Source: Paramecium tetraurelia
Lineage: Eukaryota
Direction: 5' to 3'
Length of the DNA stretch: 64,000 bases
Assembly (NCBI GenBank): GCA_000165425.1
Contig: CT868058.1
Coordinates: forward strand, 1-64,000
Positions 39,846-52,292 of the stretch are shown here, in pieces. The notes under the pieces were generated by a model. That model made no database searches. It worked only from the letters and a program-made list of their open reading frames with translations, and was not told the DNA's origin. How positions within the stretch are numbered: the first letter of the stretch is position 1; every line of letters begins with the position of its first letter. The position numbers and the translations under genes are program-made.

Positions 39846-41247
39846 ATGAAAAAATATCTCAATTCTTTCAAGTAAATTGTGGGAGCCTAGAACATGATAA
39901 CAGATCCATTCGATCTTAAGCCTTTGAATTAGGATTGGCAGAGATTCTATTAAGGTAAATCGGAATTGGCTGTCACTCCTACTTCATCAAAGATGGTGAG
40001 TGAGATCTTGCAATTTTGCAATTAAAATAATATCAAAGTGGTACCTTAAGGAGGCAATACTAGTTTTGTAGGAGGAGCAACTCCAGTGCAAGATGAATTG
40101 ATTTTGAGTCTAAGAAAGATGAATAACATATTGGAATTTGATACGACAACATCAATAGTTACAGCTGAGTCAGGAGTCATTCTATAATCTATGAATGACT
40201 ATTTGCAGACATACAGATGTAATGATTTATCTAATTGATTAGATTAAATGCCTTGGGATTTGGGAGCAAGGGGATCATGCTAATTAGGTGGAAATATTGC
40301 TACGAATGCAGGAGGATTGAATGTGGTGAGGAATGGACCTTTAAGAAATTATATTCTCGGATTGGAGGTAGTGTTGCCGAATGGAAAGATCTTGGACTTA
40401 TTGAACAAAAACAGGAAGGACAACACTGGAACCGATTTGAAACAATTGTTTATTGGATCTGAAGGAACTTTGGGCATTATTACGAAAGCTAATGTTTTAT
40501 GTGCTCCCATTCCAGAATAGAGACAGGTGTTCTTTTTGGAATTGAAGGGGTTTGATGAGGCCATTCAATTGTTGAGATCGGCTAAATAGTTTGAATAATT
40601 AGGGGCATTTGAATTCATGGAGGGTAGGATCTTGTAGAGATGTCTGCCTTTTAATCCTTAGTTAAAGGCTCCATTTGAATTTAAGGCTGACAAATATTAT
40701 GTTTTGATTGAGATTTGTGGGTAGTAGATTGAGTTGGAGTATTATTTTGAGCGTTTATTGAAACACACTGAGTAGATAGTGTTCAATCAGAACGAATCTG
40801 AGTTGCAGGCTATGTGGAGATGGAGAGAGAGTGTGCCAGAAAACCTACATAAGATGGGACATGTTTTGACGTATGATTTGAGGTGAGTGAATTATGAATA
40901 TTGGTAGCATACCTCCTGATAAATTTGAGTGGTTTGCAGAGGAGATCTATCCGGAGAGGAAGGGGCCTTATAATGCGTTTTATGGGCATTTGGGAGATGG
41001 GAACATTCATTACAACATCATATTTGAGAGTGTGGAGGAGATGCACAAGGAGCAGGAGAGAGTTGAGGACAAGATCATCAAGTTGACTAAGAGTTTGAAT
41101 GGATCGATCAGTGCTGAACACGGGGTTGGGTAATTGAAGCGACATTACATGGAGATATAGAAGGGAAAGGAGACTTTTGGATACATGTAGGAATTGAAGA
41201 GAGTATTTGATCCAAATAACATTCTAAATCCTGAAAAGTTATTGTGA
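39846..41247 (+). CDS. D2HGDH: D-2-hydroxyglutarate dehydrogenase-like FAD-linked oxidoreductase, copy 2 (tandem paralogue)
   Basis: [64 protein letters not shown]. Two introns. Confidence 0.92.
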
Positions 41248-41268
41248 TAAATATATATAGATAATTAT

Positions 41269-41478
41269 TCAGTATTCAGTATTGATTCTCCTAACATTCA
41301 AATGCTTTATCACTATGGAGGGGGGTTTTGGAATATGAATGGTTTTGCGAGGCATATGGAGATCTCGGAGATGGAGATCCCGGATATGGAGATCCCGGAT
41401 GTAGCGATCGTAGACATCATCTATATATGCATCGTCGGCCATCCCGAAAAAGGCTGTTGTGGTTGCATTTGCAGACAT
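41269..41478 (-). CDS. Candidate 69-aa microprotein with (I/L)RDLH x3 repeat
   Basis: ATG..TGA ORF valid in the ciliate code, with AT-rich flanks and a GC-richer body. It fills the gap between D2HGDH copy 2 and the next gene. Confidence 0.5.
   Translation of the reverse strand: MSANATTTAFFGMADDAYIDDVYDRYIRDLHIRDLHLRDLHMPRKTIHIPKPPSIVIKHLNVRRINTEY
41356..41400. repeat. 15-bp tandem repeat (atggagatcYcggaK) x3
   Basis: atggagatctcggag atggagatcccggat atggagatcccggat. Confidence 0.85.
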
Positions 41479-41492
41479 CGTTAATTTTATTA

Positions 41493-44400
41493 ATGAAACA
41501 CAAAATACCCACTTTGGATCTACTCAAAACAACCAGACCAACCAGTAGAAATGATTCCAGATAATAGTCTCATGTGTCTTTTCGTATTACTTTGCAAACT
41601 CCCAAATCCACTGCGAGGTACAACCATCCCCAGACTTCAAGAATAATTGAGTAATCAATACTTAAGAATGATATTTCTTAACTCAAATAAAAACATCATA
41701 AAGCCAAGACTGAGACTGATCCTCTTGTATTTTGGGATCAGGTTCAGAACTTTGGACACTTGCGCACTATAGAACCACCAAAATTTAATCAGGAGAAGCA
41801 AACATAATTGTACCAAAAACTTAAGAAAATGAAATTGGAAAAGGAGGAGAAAATAAGGAGGGAACAGGAAGAAACAGAGAGAATCAAGATGCTGGAATTG
41901 GAGAGAAAACACAAGGAGCAGTTGGCTTTGGAGCAGGAAAAAAAAAGAATGTTGGACTCTTAAAGGTATCAGGAGTACTTGGCTGAAAGATACAAAATCG
42001 ATAGAAGATTCTCCATCTTCACTCTCGTTAATGCCCTGATGTTGAGACAATTACATTCCAAACCCACCTCATTCAGATTGGCCAAATTGATTGCCAATCA
42101 ATATCTCAATCTCTTAAATTACAAAGCCATCTTACACAAAATCACCATGCAGCAATCCCAACCCCTTCAAATCTCTCAAATCCTCCAAGGAAATGCTGAG
42201 CAATTGGCTCAATTGAAGAATGTATAACATCGATTGAATGAAGGCCTAATAATCAAGAGAAAACAAACCAGAGTATTCTTGAACAAATAAAAAACGATCT
42301 ATGAACAAAGTCTGGCACCCCCTCAGTTCTCAGAACCAGTTCTGAAACGCATTCGATTTCTCTAGGCTTGTCTAAGACTGAAGGTGTTTAAATTAAATAA
42401 AAAAAATGTTGAACCAAAACAGAAAGTCAAAACCAATAGAGTGCATCCCAATAGAGTCAAGGCACTTAAGAAGAGATTGGATGACATCGATTTTATTAAG
42501 GCCAATTCACCCTCTTTCAATAGTCCACTATCCTCTCCTGGACAACCTGTTAATAACCCTTTGGGTTTATTTTGCACACTCTATAAGGTCACTGATACTC
42601 TCAAAAATTATGACAGAATCAAAACCTAAAAAATGATACAAAAAACTAATGATTATTTAGTTAAGAGAGTATAATCTTTATATTATCCTGTTATAAGATA
42701 TGTCTCTATCTTCTACAAAAACGTCGTTGTTTGGTCAATTCAATATTCCGATATTACATTGGATCGAACCTGCATTGTGTTATTTTTTAAAGGCGAAGGC
42801 AGGTCTTAATATTTCTATCGTTTGGACATACCAATTGGAGCAATTCAAAAGGAAGATATCGGAGACTAGAACTGCATCACTGTCTGGCCCACTGTTCGCG
42901 ATTATCTGATGAGTTATCTAGAATTGAAAGGACAATTGGCCCTCCTTAATCAAACTAGGTATGGATGTGCCAAAAATTACAAGTTGAATTTCATCCAAGG
43001 CCTATCAATGCGTTCTAGAAAGAACATCACTGAAGATGACATCAATGCGATAGTGGATACTAAGGAAATCCTAAATTACCTGTAGACATCACAAATAGTG
43101 AGAATACGAAAGATATTTGGATCGGTCTATGAGTTATTGCCTTAATTTTAAGACTGTAATCTTCTGTCTGATGCCACTTAATACATCTTGAATTTACCTC
43201 TTGTTCATGATACAATTTTACAATTAAGAATACTTGAACAATAGATCCTAGAATATCGACGTAACATTTATAAAAAACCATAGGATTTATCAACAAGGTA
43301 TAGGGATTTCATTGAAAGAAATAAAAGCATACTCAATCAAATTCTCGCATTCCGTTTTGTTCATAACAATAGCATGTTTTTCTAGGATTAGATGCTTGAA
43401 GACATCTATGATCTCTCTCATAAATCCATTTATATACAATGTGCAACAATCAACATCCAAGATCTCTTGAATCATTATGACTTCTAAATATGCAATTAAA
43501 TCAGTAAGTTCTGTCTGATAAGTCTTCATTTGACACTCAAAAGCCAATTCCACTTTGACGATTTACTGTTTAATGCATAGAAGCATTCAGTCAGAACAGG
43601 ATTTCAAACCATAACTAATTTTTTTGAGGTTGATTATTCACACTTCGACTGGAAATTCAATTAGGATTACTTCAAAGCAAGGATTGAAGTATCAGTTTTT
43701 GAGAGAGACAAATCCCTTAAATGGAGTGAGAAGTAACTTTCTCAAGACATCAAACAGTCCAGAAGTGAGCGTGCCTTTCGACCATTGAAAATGCAATTGG
43801 ATGACTTCTGTAAACTGGGATAAGCATTACAAGAAACTACATTCAAAAATGGAGACATACAGCAATGCAATTTCGATTAGATACTTAAAAACATCATATC
43901 AGAATAATGTTCTTATTCATAGGTGGCTGATCTCGTATTGAAAAATGCATTTACTTTGGATATAAAAAATAGGAAGATCATCATCCAACCCAAATACCTT
44001 CACATTCTATCAAAAACCCATAATTTTATTTAAAAGATGGATCATCAAAGTCTATACAATAAAATCGATTGTGTGTATAAATACAGTGTGTATCCCGGCG
44101 AATAACATGATATTAGAAGAGGCTATGAAAATATGGAGAAAGAGAATCAGATAGCTTAGTTGTTGCCATTCAATAAGCTATTTCAGGATATAAATCAAAT
44201 TGATATGAGAATCACTGTAGAGGCTCGTAAGATTGAACAAGTGACTGATTATGCTTTTGATTTCTAGGACTAGTGGAGTGATCTGCATAAGCAAACCATG
44301 ACATACAATAAATACTAAACTTTTGAAATGTTTTAAAGGAAGTTCCTATTTATTGATCAAAATCACTTCATGAAGATAATCTATATTAAACAAAATCAAT

Positions 44401-46808
44401 CGCCTATCATATTGTATTTGCATGACTAACACTTAATTCATCAAATTTCTAATTGCTAGAGAATGAATAAGCACACAAAATGTTAGATCTTAACTGGTAT
44501 CATTCGTGTGTTGTATTCCCCGACATCATTTTTGTATTTGAAGGATCATCGATTTTACAACTACTTAAAGGTCTAGCTGCCCAACTATCATCAGATAAAG
44601 GTGTTATTAGTTAGCAATTCTAAGAAGCTCTTGCAATTCCTGGACAGATTGGATTACATATACATCTTGAAGTTGTGGAACAATCAATAGTGTTATGTTC
44701 ATGTGAAGGTGTATTATATATAGGATCAGAAATAGTAGAAGGGGTCGGAGAAGATCTTTGTTTATGATGGGGAAAACCTATTTGTGAGTGTGGAGTTATA
44801 TGAATTCAATTCGAAATTAAAGAAATACATCTTATTATTTAATAAGTATGATTTAGAACTTTAATTTGATGTTGAAAAGTATTTTGATTCAAACATCATA
44901 TTCAATTGGTGTAAGGCCATCATATCAAATACGAAATTCGATAAGAGATTCTTGTACAGAGTGCCTTAGATTATGAAGTACAATCAAAACCAATCCCCTG
45001 TGAATTTTAATAAATCCATGCTTAATTCCTTTTTTAACAGACAGCAATCCATTAATGTGAATTATAATGAAAAGGTGACCAGATGCACATTCAATGAATT
45101 TCCAAAAAACAACTTTGACCAAAACATCACAGATAAGAACTATTTAAATACGGTCCATCGGATTTTCAGAGTCATTGGACACTACATCTAAAAGTTTTAT
45201 GTAATCAAATAAAAAAATAAAGTAAAAATAGTTAATGAAATGCGATTCAAAGATTTGAAAAATGTTAAATTAATAAAATAGGAATTTGTTATTATTTCTA
45301 TCCTTGCCCACACTTACTTGGACATGTTTTAGATTCTCTATTACTTCCCTAAAAGTAAAAGAAAGTTGATGACTTACATAAGCATTTTGCACTTTTAGGA
45401 AATGGATTTCAAAGATCATGTCATATTCAATTTGATTGACAATCCCTAATTTACAGATTACAATGATTTAAGTAATAAAGAGAAGGGCACTCAAATTAAT
45501 GTTAAAAAGCATCCCCAATTAGATATGAATTTAATATAAAAGATCAAATTGATAAAGAAAGCTGAGCAGTCTCCTTTTGATTTGCAATCGGCAAGGTAAA
45601 AGAAGAAATTGCACTCGAGAATTGGATTCGCTCAGATAAGCAATGAGATTTTAATGAAAAACAAAGTAATCAAGCAAGCCATTAATCAAAACAATTAAAT
45701 TTCAGATAATGTGATGAAATTCTTGGGTTTCACTAGAAAATTACATTATAATGAGGACAATCGTGATAAAATGATTGAAATCTAGATTTGGAATAGGTTA
45801 TTAACTGAGGTGTTTTTGCTGAATTTGGAACAAGATAAGAATTTCAGTAATTTCAACACTCTGATGGATCGATTGATAGAGACATTTGAAGACATCTCAG
45901 ATTAGAAGATCAAAATAATAGGGAAGGAGCATTTGATGAAGAGACAATCTATGGAGAATTCTAGGTACAATTACAAAGTGTAGACGGAGTTGACTGAGAA
46001 GTTTGAAAAATTGATAATATCCAATCATGTGAGAGTCACTCAGCAATTCAAATTCTCTAAGAGTAGATACAGTTTGAACACCAATTTCTCGGATAGTTAG
46101 ATTATGGAATTCATTTGCAGTGCACAATTTCGAATTGAAAGGTTGGGATCAGCTTATGTAGAATGCTTCTTAGAACCTTTGAATAACAAAAGAACCGACA
46201 TCTTAAAACCCTTGAATCCCATGCCTTATTCTTCCTCTTCCAATTACAATATCTATTTTAGATATTATTGTTTAACCAACTACTTCTTCAAGGACATCAG
46301 AGTCAACCTTAGGGAACTCTTGAATTTGTTTATAGCAGATGGCTTTTTCAAATCCTAGACCAATTACATGAACAGCAAGTTGTCCATTTCTGACATCATC
46401 AACATGTGTCATTACTTGACTTACAAGATCAAGACATAAAACTATCTGAATCTATCGTAATTGGCTCTACAGCATTAAGAAACTGCCAACACTCTGAGGA
46501 AGTACATAATTACTGAAAGTGTGGATCAGTTCCAAACGGACAAGAAGAAGGATGGGGAAGGGTACATTTATAGCGAAGTCATAAAGAAAAAGAACAAACA
46601 CCTAGTGTTATTGTAATTACAATTATTCCATACACAACATAAAGTGATTGTAAATCTATTCGAAAACAAGACGGATTACTTTTAGTAGAAGGAGTTGACA
46701 TTCACTTACATTTAATCTGTGGTGCCTAATTTTTAATTCCTTATCAAGACAAGCAATTATTTTAAGGCTCTATAAAGATTAGTAGAAGTACTTAAATAAA
46801 AATAATGA
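41493..46808 (+). CDS. Large (~1750 aa) hypothetical protein with N-terminal charged coiled coil
   Basis: ATG 41493 and a 23-nt intron at ~41618-41640, then a long TGA-free frame in the ciliate code (read in part) to TGA 46806-46808. No recognised domain. Confidence 0.75.
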
Positions 46809-46855
46809 TGATACTTATTTATATAAATAATTTTAATTAATAATAATAACAATTA

Positions 46856-47056
46856 ATGAGTTCAATCTAATCAGGATAATTATTCGTCAGTCAAGCATTT
46901 AAAAACTGCTTTAATTAGCTTGTTCCAGATATGAAAAAATTCAGTGGTCAATACACAGAATAAGATCAAGATGCCATGACAAATTGTTTGGTCAGATATA
47001 TTGACAGCTTCAGAACAACTTAGAAGGTGTTCTATTAGACTCATGAGCAGGAATGA
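46856..47056 (+). CDS. Small Tim (Tim8/9/10/13, zf-Tim10_DDP-like) mitochondrial IMS chaperone-like protein
   Basis: 66 aa, MSSIQSGQLFVSQAFKNCFNQLVPDMKKFSGQYTEQDQDAMTNCLVRYIDSFRTTQK. The CF...C..RY.D pattern and size match small Tims. Confidence 0.7.
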
Positions 47057-47271
47057 GGCAAATGCATATAATAATCAATAACAAAACATTTCATTATATT
47101 ATATTATGCACAATATCAATAAAATATATATAATATTTATATATATGTCTGTTCAGAGTTTCACTTTTACTATCAGATGAGATACTGCATAGAGTGTCTT
47201 GTGTCTACACAATTGGAATATGAATGTAAAATGAAGAAATTTAATTCAATATTTAATCTATTTTATTAAGT

Positions 47272-48800
47272 ATGAATGAGACTGATTTATTAAGAGGCAA
47301 AAGAGAACAATTTCACACAGAAATTCGAAGAAATCAACTTGAGAAGATCTTCAATCTGAAAAGAAAAGTATCGAATTCTGATTCTCAGCTTTCTGATTAT
47401 TATGCGTAGTAAATGCAATAGATGGGAAAAATTAAATTACTAGATCTACTAATTTTGATTAATGAAAAAGTGAATAAACCTATAGTTGAAATGCTTTAAA
47501 ATGACCTTGGTTTCCAATTGTGCAAATTGCTCAATTTAAATGAACTCTATTCTAATTGGGATTTGTTCAAAAATATTTTGACTTATCTAAATATTTTAGT
47601 GCTATTGCCTGATGAACATTTGCATAACTATCCCAAATTCAACGATATGCTTATCTCCTTTTCCTAACTTTTCATCTTGTTGGAAGCTGAAATATTTCGC
47701 TAGGGCTTATGCATAAAAGGAAATGACCAGAATTGTCCATTGGAGGCGGGATATGATGAAATTTCTCGATTGTCATATTCTTTCATCAAGGTCGATCAGA
47801 TCTTGATGTATTCTTCAACAACCTTCGAGGCAAGAGGAGAACTATTGAGAAGCAAGTTGTTTACACATAGTATTTGCCATGCCTTTCATGTATAGATAAA
47901 TTGTATATAATTTAGAATTAAATGGATAATTGTGTTCTTGAGTTGCATTTGCAATTGATAGCCTCTTTGCTATAGGATTTGTACAAATAGGACAATGATT
48001 GCAGGAAACATGCAGAAGTGTTCATTAAACCAGTTTGTACTGCATTGTCAACCAAAAATTTGGATAAATTAAATTACTTATTGTAAATATTGCTCAATCT
48101 CACTTTTGTGGGAATGCATAATGGTTATGTATAAATTTGATTGCACCTTAGATCAATCAAATATTTAAATTCAATGGAGCTTTGGAATTGATGCAAATAT
48201 TGAATGAAGGTTTTAATGATTAATTGACTTTGAGGATCCTGGCAGAGATAGCTACCCAAAGTCCAGCTCATATCGAAATTTTGATCAAAAATGGATTGCT
48301 GCAACAATTAAAATTGAAACTCTGTTCAAATAAGTATTACTATTTAAGATTCTTCTAGTAAGCTAGTTTAAAATTAAGCCTTATGGGTCTTAGAATTCTG
48401 CGTGTGTGGGGGAAAATAATTTTATGATCTCATATTTCTATAGACTGACATCACTAATTATGTATTCCAGTTATTGGATTCAAAAGATGAATAAATACGA
48501 ATCTAAGCCTGCTTTACTTTGTGTGCATATCTTCTAAAAGGTAATTATTAATAAACTCTGCAACTATGTTAATCTAAAGTGCATATAAAGGTATTTGAAT
48601 TCTTGTAATTGGAAAATGTGGAGTTAAATTAGGCTATTCTTGAAGCCGTAGTGGAAATATTAAACAAGGAGACTTGGCACAGTAGTCAATATGTATTGAT
48701 GTAACAGTCAGACAGGGAGAATTTACGATATATTTTAGAGAGACTTGAGGAAGACCAATCTATCTTTTCTATGATAAATAATGTATTATCATATTTATGA
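47272..48800 (+). CDS. Importin-alpha-like ARM-repeat protein (divergent)
   Basis: N-terminal IBB-like KREQFHTEIRRNQLEKIFNLKRK followed by helical ARM-like repeats (ILLNLTF, IRIQACFTLCAY). TGA 48798-48800. Confidence 0.65.
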
Positions 48801-48822
48801 ATTTTGTATTAATTATTATAAA

Positions 48823-49146
48823 ATGATAAAAAGTTACTAAATTAGAGTAATTAATTATGAAGACATAAAGTATGACACCGATGATGATTAATTTTTCAAT
48901 TTTCAATTTGAGGCTCCGCAAAAAGGATCACTAGATGATCAAAACAGTAATGACTTTTGGTTTAAAGTATCTCATCTTGTCCATTAAAAAGTAATTTCAA
49001 ATTATCCAACAATGAGAAGATCTCTATCTGTTGGTAATAAGAACATAATTGAATTGAAAAGGCAAAACTAATTCAAGTACTTCTTGAAGTATGTTGCTGA
49101 AAAGAAAACCTGTTCTGACAATCTTCATAGTACCACTAAAAAATGA
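48823..49146 (+). CDS. 107-aa protein with TPX2-N-terminus-like FEAP...DFWF motif
   Basis: Intact ATG..TGA ORF containing FNFQFEAPQKGSLDDQNSNDFWF. Confidence 0.6.
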
Positions 49147-49270
49147 ATAGAATAGAAAATAATTGTTTTGTTTATGATTGTTTATAAATTCGAAGTATTC
49201 TATAGAGCGATTTATTCCCAATGCATGAGATGTTGATTTAAACATTTTAAATATATAAATAAATACCAAG

Positions 49271-49741
49271 TCAAATAATGTGATCGGGTTTGAACACTCC
49301 TGAATTGTACAATAGTACAGTTTCCTTGCTAATCTAAGGCTGCCAGGATTTACTCCATTAATATAGTAACTGCTGTAACTTTTACTTTTATTCAATCCTT
49401 AAGCATTCTTACTTGGATGATAGATTGCCCAACATCTGCAATGCAAGGACCTTCCAAAATTCTGATTTCATCAATAATTTAATCTTCTGATGCAATTGGA
49501 AAGCCACCTTCTAACTCAACTTATTTACACAAGGTCCAGTGATCGTCATCAACCTCAACAAATATAAGTCATCTTCTGATATCAATATTTCTTCGTAGGC
49601 TTTATTGATGTCTCCAGCATCCAAATATTCCAATGCCTTATTCCATTCAGCCACCTAGACCACAGCAGGTTATTACGGTTTCGATTCTCTTTAAGCATTA
49701 GCAGGAGGATCTTTTATTAAATTTTGGAAGTTCCTTCTCAT
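49271..49741 (-). CDS. 156-aa protein resembling the TORTIFOLIA1/SPIRAL2 C-terminal domain
   Basis: WNKALEYLDAGDINKAYEEILISEDDLYLLRLMTITGPCVNKLS. Intact ORF. Confidence 0.65.
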
Positions 49742-49761
49742 TTGATATTTATTATATTGTT

Positions 49762-51755
49762 ATGAGTTTATTAAACTTCAATCCTGCAGTGAGGAGTGAA
49801 ATAACTACGTATGTAATCTATGATGTAAGGTAGTCCTCGATCAAAAAAAGTACTGGCTGCTCTGGGTTTGGTTGCTCAAGATCTCTACTATCCGACAAGA
49901 GAGGAGATCTTACAATTGGGAGTGTAATTTGAAGATGTAGACTTTTATGTCGAAGCCAAATTGCAGCATATGCGTGAAAGAGTTGACAGATTTTTGGATC
50001 TGGTTAGGTAGGAATACAATAATAATTCCGAAGAACATGAACGAAATGTAACTTATCGTCTAACTTTTAGTCTTAATCTAGTCAATTGTAATTGAGTCAA
50101 TCTTTTATGTAAAAGTAGGAACAGATTCTCAGAACTTTGCAAAACAAATAGAAGATTGAAATTGAAAGGGAAATGCAAACTGAAATGAAGATCGAAGAAA
50201 TGAAAAGGAAGAATCAAATGAAGGAAAAGAGAATCGAAGAGCTAAGGAAAATGTAGGAAGAAGAGTTTCATTAAAGAATGGAAGAGAAGGAGGCAAAACT
50301 CAAGTTGAGAGAACAAAAACTTAAATAGGCTAAGTTATAAGCAGACATTCACAATGAAACTATTATGCGTAAGTTCCAAGAGGAGGAACTCAAGATTCAA
50401 TAAAAATAAGCTAAATATGCGTTGATGAAGCAGATAGAGAAGGAGGAAAGGGAAAGAGAAATTTAAGAAAAAATGAACAGGAGAGCCTAAAGAATGGCAG
50501 AGTAAGAAGAACTAGTGCAGCATGAGAATCTGATTCGAAAACAAGAATATAACAAGAAATTATAAAATATGGAACAAATGCTGTTAGAAAAATAGCAATA
50601 CATCAGATAATAAAATTAATTAAAAGAGGAACGAGCTAGGGAAAAATATTAAAATGCTACTGCTCTAAAACAATTAGAGACATACTAAATGGAGCAAAAA
50701 ATTCATTCCAAAGAGAAGGAAATTCAAATGAGAAATACCATGCAAGAATTCAATAGACAATAATTATTACAGTAAAAGAGAAATTAGGAATAGTAAAAAC
50801 AGTACATGATGGAATAGAAGAAATTGATCATCAGTCAAGAACAACACAAGAGAAATCAAGAATACCTTAGTTAAGAGAAAGAAAGAGAGCTGAAGAAATC
50901 CAGGTTGGAAGAATAAAAGAAATTGAAGAGAGATGAGAGCAGTCTCATCTTATAATCTCATATGGAGGAAGTGTAAATGGTATATTAATTCATTCTACAA
51001 TATTTATTAGAAATAAAGATATCTGGATAAATAAACTGAGTTGGAGAAGCAAAGAATTATGGCACTGAAATAATAATAATTCTTAAATGCTGAAGAGTTG
51101 AGACAAAGAAACATCTAAAATATGAAGAGGAAATATGTTTAAGAGTTGTTGAAATTGGAAGATGCGGCTTAGAATTATTAAATTCAAAAAAGAAAAGAAT
51201 AATATAAAAATGCAGTTCTATTAGATGTATCATTCCATTTCCATTTTAGAGATTCGAAGAAACAGATAGAAGATTGAAACAATAATAAAATGAATATTAA
51301 AAATTACAGGACACTAAAAAGTAAATGGAAATTACTATTTAAAATGAAAAAATGAGGATTTTAGCAGTATTAAATACTAAATTTATTTAGAGGAATTTGA
51401 TAAAAAAAAATTATAATTAGCTGAAGAAAGAAGTACTCAACAACTCAGTTAAATTATTAAAGCTAACCCAACTGATAGATTGCCAACCAATAAACCAATT
51501 AAAACTAAAAGTGCAACCAGCTTTCATTTACCTCCTACAAAAGAATAAAAGGAACCAAAATTACCCTCTGAAAATAGATCTACTAATAACAAAAGCAAAA
51601 GGACTTTAGATGAAAAATCTATGTCCACTACATCATAAAAGAAAAGACATTATTTCATTTCAGAAGAAACCATGAAAGCTGTCCAATTATACGCAAATGG
51701 AGAGACCTTAAAACAATTTTAGATTGAAATACGTCCAAGTAAAAAGAAGAGATGA
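49762..51755 (+). CDS. Long charged coiled-coil protein
   Basis: N-terminal TTPRSKKVLAALGLVAQDLYYP, then an E/K/Q-rich coiled coil. Tiny introns at ~49809, ~50980 and ~51367. TGA 51753-51755. Confidence 0.8.
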
Positions 51756-52292
51756 GAAGAATTTTGAAAAGAAATTTATATCTATATATCAAAATAGAAT
51801 CACTATATCAGTCTTTATCATTAGAACTATATAACTATTTTATATAACACAAAAGCAAGGGTTTGGCTTAATTTTTTCAATAAAATAACTCAGGAGTACC
51901 ATATTATTTGAATTTTAATATTGGATTCATCAATGTATTATTTAGATTACTTTAATCAAATAGAATTCTATTTTTAATTTAATTAAATTAAGATCTTCTA
52001 TATTTCTAAAAACTGATTTAATATGTTATCTATAACTGAAGTCTTACTATTATATGACATTCTTATTTAATAGTATTTCTGAAATGTCATAAATTTGAAT
52101 CAATCCCAATTCTAATTAAAAATACTTTGATAAATTAAATAATTTAAGAAATCAATATTCTACTTAGTAATTTTATTTCATCCAAAACTATATTTCAGAT
52201 CTTCAATTTATCATTTTCAATTTCCAAATACACTATTATTATACTATTTAAGTGGTAATTATACCATAATATTATTAACTTATAAAATATTA

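Noticed and set aside
41491..41496. ATGA stop/start overlap resembling bacterial translational coupling
   Set aside because: The upstream plus-strand ORF is unsupported, and TAATGA is expected by chance in AT-rich DNA.
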